In this document: piece after piece, positions 63,585 to 64,000 of the stretch
Layout: every line of letters starts with the position of its first letter
How positions within the stretch are numbered: position 1 is the first letter of the stretch
Source: Cycas panzhihuaensis
Lineage: Eukaryota; Plantae; Cycadophyta
Reading direction: 5' to 3'
DNA: 64,000 nucleotides
Assembly: GCA_023213395.1 (NCBI GenBank)
Contig: CM041465.1
Coordinates: forward strand, 43,903,741-43,967,740
Position numbers and translations under genes: made by a program
The notes under the pieces: generated by a model
What the model saw: only the letters and a program-made list of their open reading frames with translations
The model's database searches: none
What the model was told of the DNA's origin: nothing

Positions 63585-64000
63585 TGTTGAGAATAGTAGG
63601 TCCCAACCCTTTAACCGCCACCAAGATCTATTACATTCTTGTAACTAATTATAGAAATGGAAACTTAAAATTACATACAAGTTTTAAAATCAAAGATTAT
63701 ACAACAACATGAAAATGAAAGCCAAACATCACATATGCACCTGATATAACATGGTAAAACCCTAGCAGTGTGCTAGGGAAACATCCACATAGGAAAGGTA
63801 TCGATCTTTATTGTTGTAGAATGGAGAAACAATACATCTCAGTTATAGAGTGCTCTCAGGAACAACAATGAACTGCTGCCCTCTTCATAGTACATTACAT
63901 TACATACAACATAACAAGAAAAAGCCCTAAAATGGGCTACATAAGAGGGACATCCAAGGCATGAATCTCAACTGTAGAATCTAGGGTATTTGTATCGAAC
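63585..64000 (-). repeat. 5' LTR of the Tork-like copia (partial)
   Basis: Adjacent to the PBS; matches 58897-59312. Confidence 0.95.

Larger units (their letters stand above)
58897..64000 (-). mobile_element. Ty1/copia, Tnt1/Tork-like, near full length (5' LTR runs off the window), inserted in the LINE
   Basis: 3' LTR 58897-59541; PPT (GAGGTAGAGAT on minus); reverse-complement PBS GCTCTGATACCA 63571-63582; 5' LTR from 63585 (~10% different over 416 bp by eye). Confidence 0.97.

Overview
This is eukaryotic, very AT-rich, CpG-depleted plant heterochromatin. A large-genome seed plant, plausibly a gymnosperm, is an inference from the PPR style and the nest architecture. I found no intact host gene. 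The window is a nest of decayed retrotransposons whose boundaries can mostly be fixed from LTR pairs, tRNA-iMet primer-binding sites (PBS), polypurine tracts (PPT) and 5-bp target-site duplications (TSD). Ty1/copia elements: two complete (9831-17478, 29129-34009), one Tnt1/Tork-like running off the window (58897-64000), and several fragments. There is also a CRM-like Ty3/gypsy fragment and a LINE RT split by nested insertions. Non-autonomous LTR elements: three copies of one ~4.1-4.2 kb non-coding family ('family A'), a gag-only element, a 3.4 kb element with an extended PBS, and a 345-bp TRIM. A PLS-class PPR pseudogene and a ~41-copy 27-bp tandem array complete the picture. The best candidates for something undescribed are family A, with its motif- and hairpin-rich core, the TRIM, and a hairpin-dense module in a copia leader. 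I see no evidence for a non-TE novel system. Divergence figures are by-eye counts, and no database search was possible.
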